A stretch of 64,000 nt of DNA, taken from the IMG/VR virus record IMGVR_UViG_3300015189_000002, positions 2,452-66,451 of that record. One strand, written 5' to 3'. Made by a program: the position numbers and the translations under genes. The notes beneath the pieces are model-generated. The model was not told where the DNA came from, made no database searches, and saw only the letters and a list, made by a program, of their open reading frames with translations. Numbering within the stretch: position 1 is the first letter of the stretch; each line of letters opens with the position of its first letter. This document shows, piece by piece, positions 38,756-47,139 of this stretch. Source of the stretch: a virus.

Positions 38756-39400
38756 ATGTCCACTTCCACCCTCCCCGTCGCGGCACCAGTCGCGCCTTAC
38801 GACATGATGGCTGGCCTGCTCGCTGCTATGACCAGCGCCGAGGCGGCTGAGGTCACCAAGCCGCGCATTAGGAAGCCATCCAGAAAAGCCGGGAAAGTTG
38901 CGCGCAAGGTCACCGAGCCCCGCGTGCTCGTGTTTGAGCCAGTGTTGCTGTCCGAGGACCTGCCCGAGCTACTGTTAAACGTAGCTCGCCTCGACCGAGC
39001 GCCTCGACCTCGTGGGGTCCGGTCACACTCGCTGACCCGCGAGATCAGCCCGCTAACCCTGCCGGAGATCAAGGTCCAGTCGGAGGTCCGGTGCCACGAG
39101 GCGCACGAAGTCCGGCACGTCTGCCTGACCGTCCTGGACGAGGACGGCACCTGCCCCGCCATCAAGCAGCACGATGCCTGCTGGAAGCACCTCCGGCCCA
39201 CCTTGCGCCAGATGGAGTCGGTGGTCCGGGTTCCAGTCGTTCACTCCCCCATTCGGTTCAACGTGGAAAAGCCCGAAACTTTTGCCCCGACCGCTCGCCT
39301 GATGACCGGCCTAACGACGACCAGCAAGTTGGATGACGAGTATGACCCCTGCAAGTCGCACCGATTCGCCGGGCAGTTCTGGTGCGAGTTGTGCATCTGA
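38756..39400 (+). CDS. Cys/His-containing hypothetical protein
   Basis: Start MSTSTLP behind CTAGGAGG. The tracked ORF's extension back to 37715 only shadows the previous gene. Confidence 0.65.
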   Translation: MSTSTLPVAAPVAPYDMMAGLLAAMTSAEAAEVTKPRIRKPSRKAGKVARKVTEPRVLVFEPVLLSEDLPELLLNVARLDRAPRPRGVRSHSLTREISPLTLPEIKVQSEVRCHEAHEVRHVCLTVLDEDGTCPAIKQHDACWKHLRPTLRQMESVVRVPVVHSPIRFNVEKPETFAPTARLMTGLTTTSKLDDEYDPCKSHRFAGQFWCELCI

Positions 39401-39514
39401 TCGCAGTGTGCATCTGATCGCATGAGGATGAGGCTGGGTAAGTGGGGACCTTCCCCAGCCGCGTCTGCACGCTATCAGGTTTCATCCGAGTTACACCGAT
39501 CCTAGGAGATCAAG

Positions 39515-39835
39515 ATGTTGAACAAGACCCAGCGCGATTCACTGGCAGCGTTTGTTGCAGATCGTGCGGAAAGTCGGAAAGAGTCGTTCCGGTACGGCAG
39601 CGGCGAAGTTCGCTTCCAGATGCTGGACGACGCCGAGCGTCAGATGCGGAACTACCTGCGGGCCGGGGACCTCGGCTCCAGTCAGATGGCCCGCATTGAG
39701 CTCGCCTTCATCGACTGGACAGTCGACTACCTGAAAGGCGTCACCTGCATTCACCCTGACTGCTTCACACAGGGAGTCGGAGTCGACGTGTGGTGCCAGT
39801 CCTGCAAGACCCTCGTGTCATGGCGGGAACTGTAA
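39515..39835 (+). CDS. Hypothetical protein
   Basis: 106 aa; GATCCTAGGAGATCAAG-ATG leader; C-terminal CxHxxC...CxxC. Confidence 0.75.
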   Translation: MLNKTQRDSLAAFVADRAESRKESFRYGSGEVRFQMLDDAERQMRNYLRAGDLGSSQMARIELAFIDWTVDYLKGVTCIHPDCFTQGVGVDVWCQSCKTLVSWREL

Positions 39836-39996
39836 TGGCTCCCCGCGACCACGACGAGTTCGACTGCGAGTGCCACGAGACGTGTGGCTGGTGTTGCGCC
39901 CCTTGGCCGATCGGCCAGTTATGGTCCATCACCGTAGCTGGCGAGCAGTCAGACGGTATCTGCCCACCGTGCCGGAAAGAGGCACGCAAGTCCTGA
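39835..39996 (+). CDS. Small Cys-rich protein
   Basis: MAPRDHDEFDCECHETCGWCC...CPPC; TAATG coupling. Confidence 0.6.
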   Translation: MAPRDHDEFDCECHETCGWCCAPWPIGQLWSITVAGEQSDGICPPCRKEARKS

Positions 39997-40091
39997 TCGG
40001 TTGACGGTCCTAACCAGTCCACAGTCCAGACTGGTTAGGTCCACCGGCGATCAGACCGGAAATCAGATGTAAACGATCCTAGGAGATCAAG

Positions 40092-40379
40092 ATGTCTGTT
40101 CAACTGCGCGTCACCCGCAACATGGCGAACAAGACCCTGGCTGCCATCCAGACCGCATTCAAGCCCTTCATCCAGGAGGGGTACGGCCCGAAGCTCATGG
40201 AGGACTGGGACGGTCACGACTTCTGCATCCTCTGGGAGGAGGGTTCCCCGTTCGAGTGGGTCCACATGATGTACGGTGGCCAGGACGAGTGGGGCAACAA
40301 GGTCCCACCGGCGAACATCCCAGCTACTGTCTGGACCGAGCCGGTCAACAGCTGTGTGTTGGCTCTCTACCGCAACTGA
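40092..40379 (+). CDS. Hypothetical protein
   Basis: 95 aa; conserved leader motif. Confidence 0.75.
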   Translation: MSVQLRVTRNMANKTLAAIQTAFKPFIQEGYGPKLMEDWDGHDFCILWEEGSPFEWVHMMYGGQDEWGNKVPPANIPATVWTEPVNSCVLALYRN

Positions 40380-40392
40380 CTAGGAGATCAAA

Positions 40393-40671
40393 GTGTGCAA
40401 CTCAGATCCGTCCATCCCCTGCTCGCAGGCTCATCACGTTCCGGTCATGCTGGAAGTGTGGTCAAACCGGCTCACCGAGGACGGTGGCAAGCCGTGGGGC
40501 CTCGGCAACGACCTGTTGATCGCAACGCGCACCGACCTCGACAGCGCGCTCGCCACGGTCGAGGAGACGTATGTCGAGGGTGGAGTCACCGCCATTGTCC
40601 GCGACTGGTTCACCGGCGAGGAGACATGGCTGACCGGCGCACACAAGCGCCGCCAGTCACGCAAGTCTTGA
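40393..40671 (+). CDS. Hypothetical protein
   Basis: 92 aa; CTAGGAGATCAAA-GTG leader. Confidence 0.7.
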   Translation: MCNSDPSIPCSQAHHVPVMLEVWSNRLTEDGGKPWGLGNDLLIATRTDLDSALATVEETYVEGGVTAIVRDWFTGEETWLTGAHKRRQSRKS

Positions 40672-40773
40672 CCTGATCGGATGAGTGGGTGGCTAGTCAG
40701 TAATCCAACACTGACTAGCCAGCCATCCGGCAATCAGTTCCAATCCAGTGTTACCGATCCTAGGAGATCTGCT

Positions 40774-41067
40774 ATGCCTCTTCACCACATTGTCACTTGG
40801 ACCGACGATGACATCAGAAAGACTCACGTCCGCGTCTTCCATAACGAGGTCGTGGCCGAGAACTACTACAGGGCTCAGATCAGGGATGACGAGCAGGCGA
40901 CACTCGTTAGCGTCGAGGTCGACTGCTTGGACGCGACCGAGTCGCTCGTCGGCATCTTCGAGAAGTCGTGGACTGTCTACGGCATCCCGGTCGAGAGCTG
41001 CGCCTATGAGGAGTTGGACGGCGGCGACCGTCTTCACCCCAACTGGTTCGCGCCGATCCGACACTGA
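40774..41067 (+). CDS. Hypothetical protein
   Basis: MPLHHIVTW...; conserved leader motif. Confidence 0.7.
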   Translation: MPLHHIVTWTDDDIRKTHVRVFHNEVVAENYYRAQIRDDEQATLVSVEVDCLDATESLVGIFEKSWTVYGIPVESCAYEELDGGDRLHPNWFAPIRH

Positions 41068-41108
41068 ACTTTCGACTTTTCCCCCACGTAGCGCCACGAT
41101 CTAAGTCG

Positions 41109-41120
41109 TGCTATAGTGGG
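41109..41120 (+). promoter_or_regulatory. Extended -10 promoter candidate TGnTATAGTGGG (second copy at 46903-46914)
   Basis: The same 12-nt pattern occurs in two intergenic regions, each upstream of a gene with strong codon bias. Confidence 0.45.
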
Positions 41121-41196
41121 ACTTCGGCCACACCGCTGGCCGAAACCAGTTGCCACCTTGTTATCCGCATCTCAACCGAGTAGAAAGAAGTCCATC

Positions 41197-41874
41197 ATGC
41201 TGAACTGCGTTCAGTGCAACAAGTCGTTCGACGCCCAGTACGCCCTCGACAATCACGTCGCGCAGACTCACACCACCGTTAAGTCCGCCGACGGTCACAA
41301 CCTGCATAACGGCTTGGCTGTGTGGGACTACGACCTGAAGCTCGGCACTGTCAACCTGAACAACGCGCACTTCGACGGAACCAGTCACGACCCCGAGCGC
41401 GTCTGGTTCGACGTTGAGCACCCGAAGATGCCGGGTGATCTCAGCAGCCACCCTCACTCGAGCCTGATGAACGGCGAGCGGGTCGTCCTTCGTCACCCGA
41501 CCACCCGCCAGTTGGCAGACGAGGCACTGAACGAGTTGAAGGCCAAGATGGACACCCGGCCCAATCAGCGCGACGAGCCCTACGCCTGCCCCGACTGCGG
41601 CGAGATGGTTTCTGAACGCATCGTCGAGATCGACATGGACCACTTCTGCGGCTGTATCGCCGAGATCTTCAGTGGTAGCCGAGAGGAGCAGGCCAGCTTC
41701 TGTGAGGCACCTGTCGTGCCCGGCACGAAGTATTGCGAGAACCACGTCGAGCCGGTCGAGGACGAGTTCGAGGAGCCGGCTGACGAGGATGAGGTGTCCG
41801 AGGTTCCCAAGTCGACCAAGCAGACCTTCACCAAGGTCGGTGCCGAGAACGCACTCAAAGGCCTGTTCAGCTGA
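41197..41874 (+). CDS. Multi-zinc-finger hypothetical protein
   Basis: N-terminal C2H2 (CVQC...HVAQTH), CPDC, CEAP...YCENH; acidic tail. Confidence 0.75.
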   Translation: MLNCVQCNKSFDAQYALDNHVAQTHTTVKSADGHNLHNGLAVWDYDLKLGTVNLNNAHFDGTSHDPERVWFDVEHPKMPGDLSSHPHSSLMNGERVVLRHPTTRQLADEALNELKAKMDTRPNQRDEPYACPDCGEMVSERIVEIDMDHFCGCIAEIFSGSREEQASFCEAPVVPGTKYCENHVEPVEDEFEEPADEDEVSEVPKSTKQTFTKVGAENALKGLFS

Positions 41875-42023
41875 TGTGGGTTCAGGTATGGGTCAACGGA
41901 TCGACGCGAGGCACTCGTAAGGTGTCGGGCATCGACTTCATCAGGCGGATCAACAACTACGCCATCAAGCACAAACTGGACATAGTCGTGACCGACTCAC
42001 ACACCGGCCAGATCATCTACTGA
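41874..42023 (+). CDS. Small hypothetical protein (49 aa)
   Basis: Not in the track: MWVQVWVNGSTRGTRKVSGIDFIRRINNYAIKHKLDIVVTDSHTGQIIY. TGATG-coupled, and its stop begins a repeat element. Confidence 0.6.
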   Translation: MWVQVWVNGSTRGTRKVSGIDFIRRINNYAIKHKLDIVVTDSHTGQIIY

Positions 42024-42118
42024 TCGCGAGATGGTGCCCACCAGTCAGTCCAGCACTGACTGGTGGGTAGCCACCGGCAATCAGTTCTAACCAGTGTTAC
42101 CGATCCTAGGAGATCAAG

Positions 42119-42661
42119 ATGACAAGCAAGATGGAACGTGTGCTCGACAGCCTCAACTGCTTCCAGATTCACTCGGTTGAGGTCTACCTGCACGGCGGTA
42201 CGCTGGTTGGTGGAACTGCCATCAATCCTGCCAACCAGCGACACTACTCACACACCTGGGTCAGGCGGTTCGGCAAGGTAATCGACCTCATGGGGTGGAC
42301 TGGCCACGAGCCGGGGGACGACATCTTCGGGCCGATGTATCAGCGCGACATTGCCATTGAGGTCATCGAGTGGCTCGAGTCCGAGAACCTGCTGAACGGC
42401 TGGCCCGAGCCTGTTCCTGCCCTCTGCGAGGGTGTCGACTACGACGAGGGTCCGCACTCAGGCTGTTCCGAGTTCGCACCGGCAGTCGAGATTCGCTGCC
42501 ACGACAAGGCGACCTTCGTCACCACGTTCCACGAGGTCGACTGGAGTCCCGACAGCGAAACGACCGAGAATACCTGCGACGCGCACCACGACTTGCTGAT
42601 CGAGTGGCTCAACGACGTGGGCCTCAAAGGGGTCGATGAGGTCATTCCCGCCACAGACTGA
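42119..42661 (+). CDS. Hypothetical protein
   Basis: 180 aa; conserved leader motif; Cys-containing C-terminal part. Confidence 0.75.
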   Translation: MTSKMERVLDSLNCFQIHSVEVYLHGGTLVGGTAINPANQRHYSHTWVRRFGKVIDLMGWTGHEPGDDIFGPMYQRDIAIEVIEWLESENLLNGWPEPVPALCEGVDYDEGPHSGCSEFAPAVEIRCHDKATFVTTFHEVDWSPDSETTENTCDAHHDLLIEWLNDVGLKGVDEVIPATD

Positions 42662-42856
42662 TTCATCAGTCGCACCGATAGAGATTTGGCCGGTCATAGG
42701 CTATCGTTAGGTTGGCACCTGTGATAGTCTATGACTCGGCCTGATCCCCGCTACGCCCCCTCAGTTAGTCCGGCGATTAAGTTGCTAACTGAAGGGGTCT
42801 ACCGGCGATCAGACCGGAAACAGAACACCTGACCCGACAGTCACTAGGAGAATGAT

Positions 42857-43039
42857 ATGTCTGAACGCGCACTGAATCTCGTTCCACCAGTTGCGATCAA
42901 GTTTGACACTCGCGCCGCCCATCTGAAGGCCCTTGCGAGGGCCAAGGTGTTCGCTCGCCGTCGCATGTTCGTGCTGACCATCTTCGCGGGGATCGTGGCA
43001 GGCTTCATCTTGCCCCTGCATCCGTTCATCAACATCTGA
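42857..43039 (+). CDS. Small membrane protein
   Basis: 60 aa with a C-terminal hydrophobic helix; CTAGGAG Shine-Dalgarno. Confidence 0.65.
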   Translation: MSERALNLVPPVAIKFDTRAAHLKALARAKVFARRRMFVLTIFAGIVAGFILPLHPFINI

Positions 43040-43440
43040 TGGGCACCGACGGACCTGCGGCTCGCCGCGCACAGGAGCGGTTCGGTCAGATACAGGCGAC
43101 ACTGATCGAAGTGTCCCATATTCTGGCAGCGCAGTCAGCACTGTCCCCACAGGAAGCCTTCATTCAGGTTACCAAGGGGCGTGACTGGTCAGACGAAGAG
43201 TTCAGGGCCGTCTCGATGACGGACTGGACGCCTGAACTGACGAAGGCTCGCAACGACATGGTCATGTGCCAGCGTTGTCGCGAGGTGTTCGCCAACGAAT
43301 ACGACTGTCTCTGGCACAAGTGCCAGATCGCCGAAGAACAGCGACAGGACGCCGAACGTCAAGAGCGTGTCTTGCGACAGGTCGAGCGTCGTCAGAGCAA
43401 CTTCGATGACTATGGCGGCATTGACGAAGACGACCACTGA
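43039..43440 (+). CDS. Hypothetical protein with C2H2-like motif
   Basis: CQRCREVF...HKC; coupled start. Confidence 0.65.
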   Translation: MGTDGPAARRAQERFGQIQATLIEVSHILAAQSALSPQEAFIQVTKGRDWSDEEFRAVSMTDWTPELTKARNDMVMCQRCREVFANEYDCLWHKCQIAEEQRQDAERQERVLRQVERRQSNFDDYGGIDEDDH

Positions 43441-43530
43441 TCGTGTGATGGTGCTAGCCAGTTGAATACTGACTGGCTAGTGCCACCGGCGATCAGACCG
43501 GACACAACTCCTATCTAGGAAGGTTTCACT

Positions 43531-43794
43531 ATGGCTGACCAGATCAACACCCAGACCGTCACCGTGCAGGTTATGCCTGCTGTGCCAGTCGTCAGGCCTC
43601 GAGTTCATCACGGCTTCTGGTACTGGACCTTGTTTGGCTGGTGGTGGACACTGCTGAAGATCGTGTGGTGGCTGCTCATGCTCGCCTTTCGGGTCACCCT
43701 GTGGCTGGTCTTTTTCCCGGCTGGCATGTGGGCGTCTTATGTTCACTTCCAGAACCAGCGCGACAAGCGCGCTCGTCGTCAGGCAGGTCTGTGA
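43531..43794 (+). CDS. Small Trp-rich membrane protein
   Basis: 87 aa; FWYWTLFGWWWTLLKIVWWLLM hydrophobic segment. Confidence 0.7.
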   Translation: MADQINTQTVTVQVMPAVPVVRPRVHHGFWYWTLFGWWWTLLKIVWWLLMLAFRVTLWLVFFPAGMWASYVHFQNQRDKRARRQAGL

Positions 43795-44225
43795 CTGATC
43801 CGACGATTCGCCTGCTTGCCGAGTTCAAGCGTCTGACTGGCATGGTCTATCAGATGCGTGAGTTCGAGTCCATCCAAAAGGTTAGCGTCGAAGGCAACAC
43901 TGCTAACCTCCTACTGACCACATACTCGCTCGAGACGGCCGCATCCAGAACGATTAAGAAGCGTCGTGGATTGCGGCTGATCACTTGGCAGCGTAACACC
44001 GCTCATGGTAACTGGTACGAGACTGGTCGTCTGACGATGTGGGACGAGGATTTCGCCGCTGAGACGATCCTGAAGTTCGGGGCTGTCAAGACGGCGACTG
44101 AGATCATCGACAAGCGCGAGTTCGAGAAGCAGTGCTACCGTCCCGGCACCTCTAAACAACCGCTTGACAACTACGAGCGCACGCTCGAGAGTTACACGAC
44201 AGCTGACATGGAAAGGTACTGGTAA
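43791..44225 (+). CDS. Hypothetical protein
   Basis: GTG start overlapping the upstream TGA. Confidence 0.6.
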   Translation: MTDPTIRLLAEFKRLTGMVYQMREFESIQKVSVEGNTANLLLTTYSLETAASRTIKKRRGLRLITWQRNTAHGNWYETGRLTMWDEDFAAETILKFGAVKTATEIIDKREFEKQCYRPGTSKQPLDNYERTLESYTTADMERYW

Positions 44226-44542
44226 TGCCAATCAACCGCGCAGAAGAACTGGCGCTCAATCTGATTCGGGAGCACTCGCCCATTGTTCATCACGAAGAGG
44301 ATGACGAGACTGTCGCCCTCAATGAGTTCGAAGAGCTGATGAGCTCATACGAGATGGCGGCTGACCTGCTCATCGAGATGGCCGGGTTCGACGGCGACGA
44401 CAGCGACAGTCTTGGTGTTGCGATGGGCGAGACTGTCAAGGATCTGATGGTCGTCCTATTCATGCGCTGCCCGCAACTTGCCGAGCGGATCAGTGGCACG
44501 GCAGATGACGATGTCGTGATCGAGGCTCTCACTCACTACTGA
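44225..44542 (+). CDS. Acidic hypothetical protein
   Basis: 105 aa; TAATG coupling. Confidence 0.65.
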   Translation: MPINRAEELALNLIREHSPIVHHEEDDETVALNEFEELMSSYEMAADLLIEMAGFDGDDSDSLGVAMGETVKDLMVVLFMRCPQLAERISGTADDDVVIEALTHY

Positions 44543-44628
44543 CCGAACAACGGCAGCGCCTGATGTGTCCTAGCACAACAGGCGCTGTCGTGGTTTTATC
44601 AGTCACACTCCACACAGGAAGGTTCCAC

Positions 44629-44910
44629 ATGAAAGATCTCGTCGTCAAGGGTCGCACTTTGAAGGAGGGTGACATCATCCTCGAGTCGTTCAAGCAGTCG
44701 CCACCGATCTCGTCACACATCGCACTCGGGCGCAAGTTCGTCTCGTTCGTCGCTGGTGACACAGACTATCGTGTCCCCCTCGACCATGAGCTCTGGGTGC
44801 GTCGCAAGAATCCCGGCGTCTGTGGCGTCTGTGGTCAGACATTCGAGGATCGCAACCAAGAGGACGTCTGCCCCAAGTGTTGGGTCGAACTCGAAGACGC
44901 GCCTGAATGA
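44629..44910 (+). CDS. Hypothetical protein with C-terminal zinc ribbon
   Basis: CGVC...CPKC; AGGAAGG Shine-Dalgarno. Confidence 0.65.
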   Translation: MKDLVVKGRTLKEGDIILESFKQSPPISSHIALGRKFVSFVAGDTDYRVPLDHELWVRRKNPGVCGVCGQTFEDRNQEDVCPKCWVELEDAPE

Positions 44911-45009
44911 ACGCCGGTATCTGCTTCAGGTGCAACTGCCCAGCAACACGTCGCACTGTTCACAACATCTGCCTGTCCTGTATCAACGAAGAAAGAATGA
45001 GGTCCAATC

Positions 45010-45627
45010 ATGCGTAAAAAGATTGCCATCAGCGAGTTGAGGCGAGACATGATTCTCGTGCTCGCCAATGACAAGACTTCCAAGGTTCTGAACATCTATG
45101 TCCACGGCGGCGACCGCGTACAGATTCAGACCGAAGAGTCGTCGTCGACCACCACTGAGCCTGAGGTCTGGATCGAGGTGCCTGACGCGCCTGTTCCCGA
45201 CGAAAACACGGTCAACAGGTATCGCCAGTCGGATCATCAACTTCGAGTCGAGATGGTGCAGGAGTTGAAGATCAACCTGCGTCAGACGATGAAGGACAGT
45301 GATATCAATGGAGCCTATCAGGTCATGGTGACGATGGATGCCTGCCTTGCCATCGAAGATGTCGATGGCGTTGTCGAAGAGATCAAGGTCTACGAGAGGA
45401 CTGACTACATCATTCGGGCGGGTGACGAGTCAATGGTCATCTCAGTGCCCGAGGGAGATCACACGATGATTCAGATCTTCGACAGCAGCATGAAGGCACT
45501 CGTCGGCATTGACCTCATCGACACCGAGGATCAGCCCGACACTCTCGAGATGGGCTACTGGCCTGACGGCGAAGAGTGGAAGGTCGTTCTGTCGGTCGTT
45601 CCTGCTGACCTGCCCGACGCACCCTGA
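45010..45627 (+). CDS. Acidic hypothetical protein
   Basis: 205 aa; GAGG Shine-Dalgarno. Confidence 0.65.
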   Translation: MRKKIAISELRRDMILVLANDKTSKVLNIYVHGGDRVQIQTEESSSTTTEPEVWIEVPDAPVPDENTVNRYRQSDHQLRVEMVQELKINLRQTMKDSDINGAYQVMVTMDACLAIEDVDGVVEEIKVYERTDYIIRAGDESMVISVPEGDHTMIQIFDSSMKALVGIDLIDTEDQPDTLEMGYWPDGEEWKVVLSVVPADLPDAP

Positions 45628-45827
45628 TGGCTACGGTAGTGTTCTGCTTTGTCAGTGATGATCTGGATATCTACATCAGTCCAGAAGATCTACGCAAGGC
45701 AGCCGACACCCTTGAGAAGGGCGAGATGTTCCGCGCCGATGCAGATGATGTCGAGGGCAGCTGTGCAGCCACGATCTCGTTCACCAACCGATCTCAGTGG
45801 AACGATGAAGAGGAGAATGAAGAGTAA
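45627..45827 (+). CDS. Small acidic hypothetical protein
   Basis: 66 aa, coupled; followed by the hairpin GGCTCCCCG...CGGGGAGCC. Confidence 0.55.
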   Translation: MATVVFCFVSDDLDIYISPEDLRKAADTLEKGEMFRADADDVEGSCAATISFTNRSQWNDEEENEE

Positions 45828-45909
45828 CAAGCAGTAAGGGCTCCCCGCCGACTGTGAATCGACGGGGAGCCTGTCAAACCTTCAGTCCATTACAGCGAAA
45901 GGTTTAACA

Positions 45910-46218
45910 ATGGCGATCATATCATCACCTGTCAACCGTTTCAATGGGTCGGTCAGTTCTCCGTCTGATTCCAAGAAAAGTCACCTCGGCCTTAAGCTGA
46001 AGGTCGGAAGCTACTTCGTCACCCTGTTGTTCGGAGTTGGCATCTCAAACGTGACTCTGGCGAACCACCCCGAGTGGCAGCCTTGCTGTGCCACTGCAAC
46101 CAAGGCTGAGATTGCCAAGAACCTCAGTGACGCAGCAGTCGCCACCAAGCTCGAAGGTGCAGCAGCGGCAGCCCGCCTCATTGAGCTGAAGACCGAAGCA
46201 GCGAAGGTCAACAAGTGA
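45910..46218 (+). CDS. Small membrane-anchored protein
   Basis: 102 aa with one hydrophobic segment. Confidence 0.55.
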   Translation: MAIISSPVNRFNGSVSSPSDSKKSHLGLKLKVGSYFVTLLFGVGISNVTLANHPEWQPCCATATKAEIAKNLSDAAVATKLEGAAAAARLIELKTEAAKVNK

Positions 46219-46838
46219 AGCTCAATGGTCCCATGATTATCGGGACTGTCATCGGAGTTGGCCTAGCAATACCTTACTCGAAAGGTGTTCTAGAGGGCAT
46301 CCAGTGTGGCGTGCCCAGCAACAACAAGCCTGCCATGTGTGACTCTTCGAGCGCCGCCAGTGCGCTCACCAAGGCTGCTGATCGAGTTTCCAACAGTGGC
46401 AACAACTCTGCTATCCCGAGACTGAAGACTGGTCCTAACAAGTGGCCTGTTGGGACGCTCAAGTATTACATGGTCAAAACTGGCTTCAAGGGACAAAAGC
46501 TCAACGACATGGCTGCCATCCTTGTCGGCGAGAGTGGTATCGGCAAAGGCAAGATCAACGCTATGGCTCACAACTGCAACACCAAGACCTTGGATGACAG
46601 TTACGGGCTTGGTCAGATCAATCTGCTGGGTGACCTGATTGTCCGACTCAACACGTACAATCTCAAGAACGCCGAGGCTTTGTACGAGCCGGTTCGGAAC
46701 TTGCAGATCACCTACGAGTTGGCCCAGTCGTCCACTGGCTACAAGCACTGGGGGTCTTTCAACCAGAAGACCTACCTCAGGTTCTATGGACTCAATCCGG
46801 TGGTGGTGAGGGTTCGCAACACTCACTGTCCAAACTGA
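46215..46838 (+). CDS. Secreted/anchored lytic transglycosylase (lysozyme-like, SLT)
   Basis: N-terminal signal/TM segment; AILVGESG (catalytic Glu), SYGLGQIN, LYEPVRNL and GYKHW. Confidence 0.8.
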   Translation: MKLNGPMIIGTVIGVGLAIPYSKGVLEGIQCGVPSNNKPAMCDSSSAASALTKAADRVSNSGNNSAIPRLKTGPNKWPVGTLKYYMVKTGFKGQKLNDMAAILVGESGIGKGKINAMAHNCNTKTLDDSYGLGQINLLGDLIVRLNTYNLKNAEALYEPVRNLQITYELAQSSTGYKHWGSFNQKTYLRFYGLNPVVVRVRNTHCPN

Positions 46839-47139
46839 TCTGGTGATAACTTACACCTGACATTTTGACTGGCGTTTCGATTAGGTAGCGAGGTACCAGT
46901 CATGTTATAGTGGGGTTATCGCCACCGCTTTAGTCTTTCCGTCGTATCTCGTGGCGTGCGCGTTGCCAGCCAGCTCACATCGAGCTGGCTGGCAACCGCG
47001 CCGATAGTGCTCGTTAGGGAACTAAGCAATCAAGGGCTTGACACCGTGCAATCCAGATGGGTACGTTGTACTCGTATGGATCGCAGGATGGCAATTCCGT
47101 CATCTAGCAAGAGCCGACCCGACACCGGAGGTTTTTATC

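Larger units (their letters stand above)
39397..44602 (+). repeat. Family of seven intergenic CTGA(T/C)...ATCAG stem-loop elements
   Basis: Copies at 39414-39478, 39993-40054, 40673-40737, 42020-42084, 42741-42812, 43437-43496 and 44539-44602. Ends are conserved; the central stem is variable. Confidence 0.85.

Noticed and set aside
39397-44602. CRISPR array
   Set aside because: The repeats are not identical, the spacers are whole genes, and no cas genes are present.
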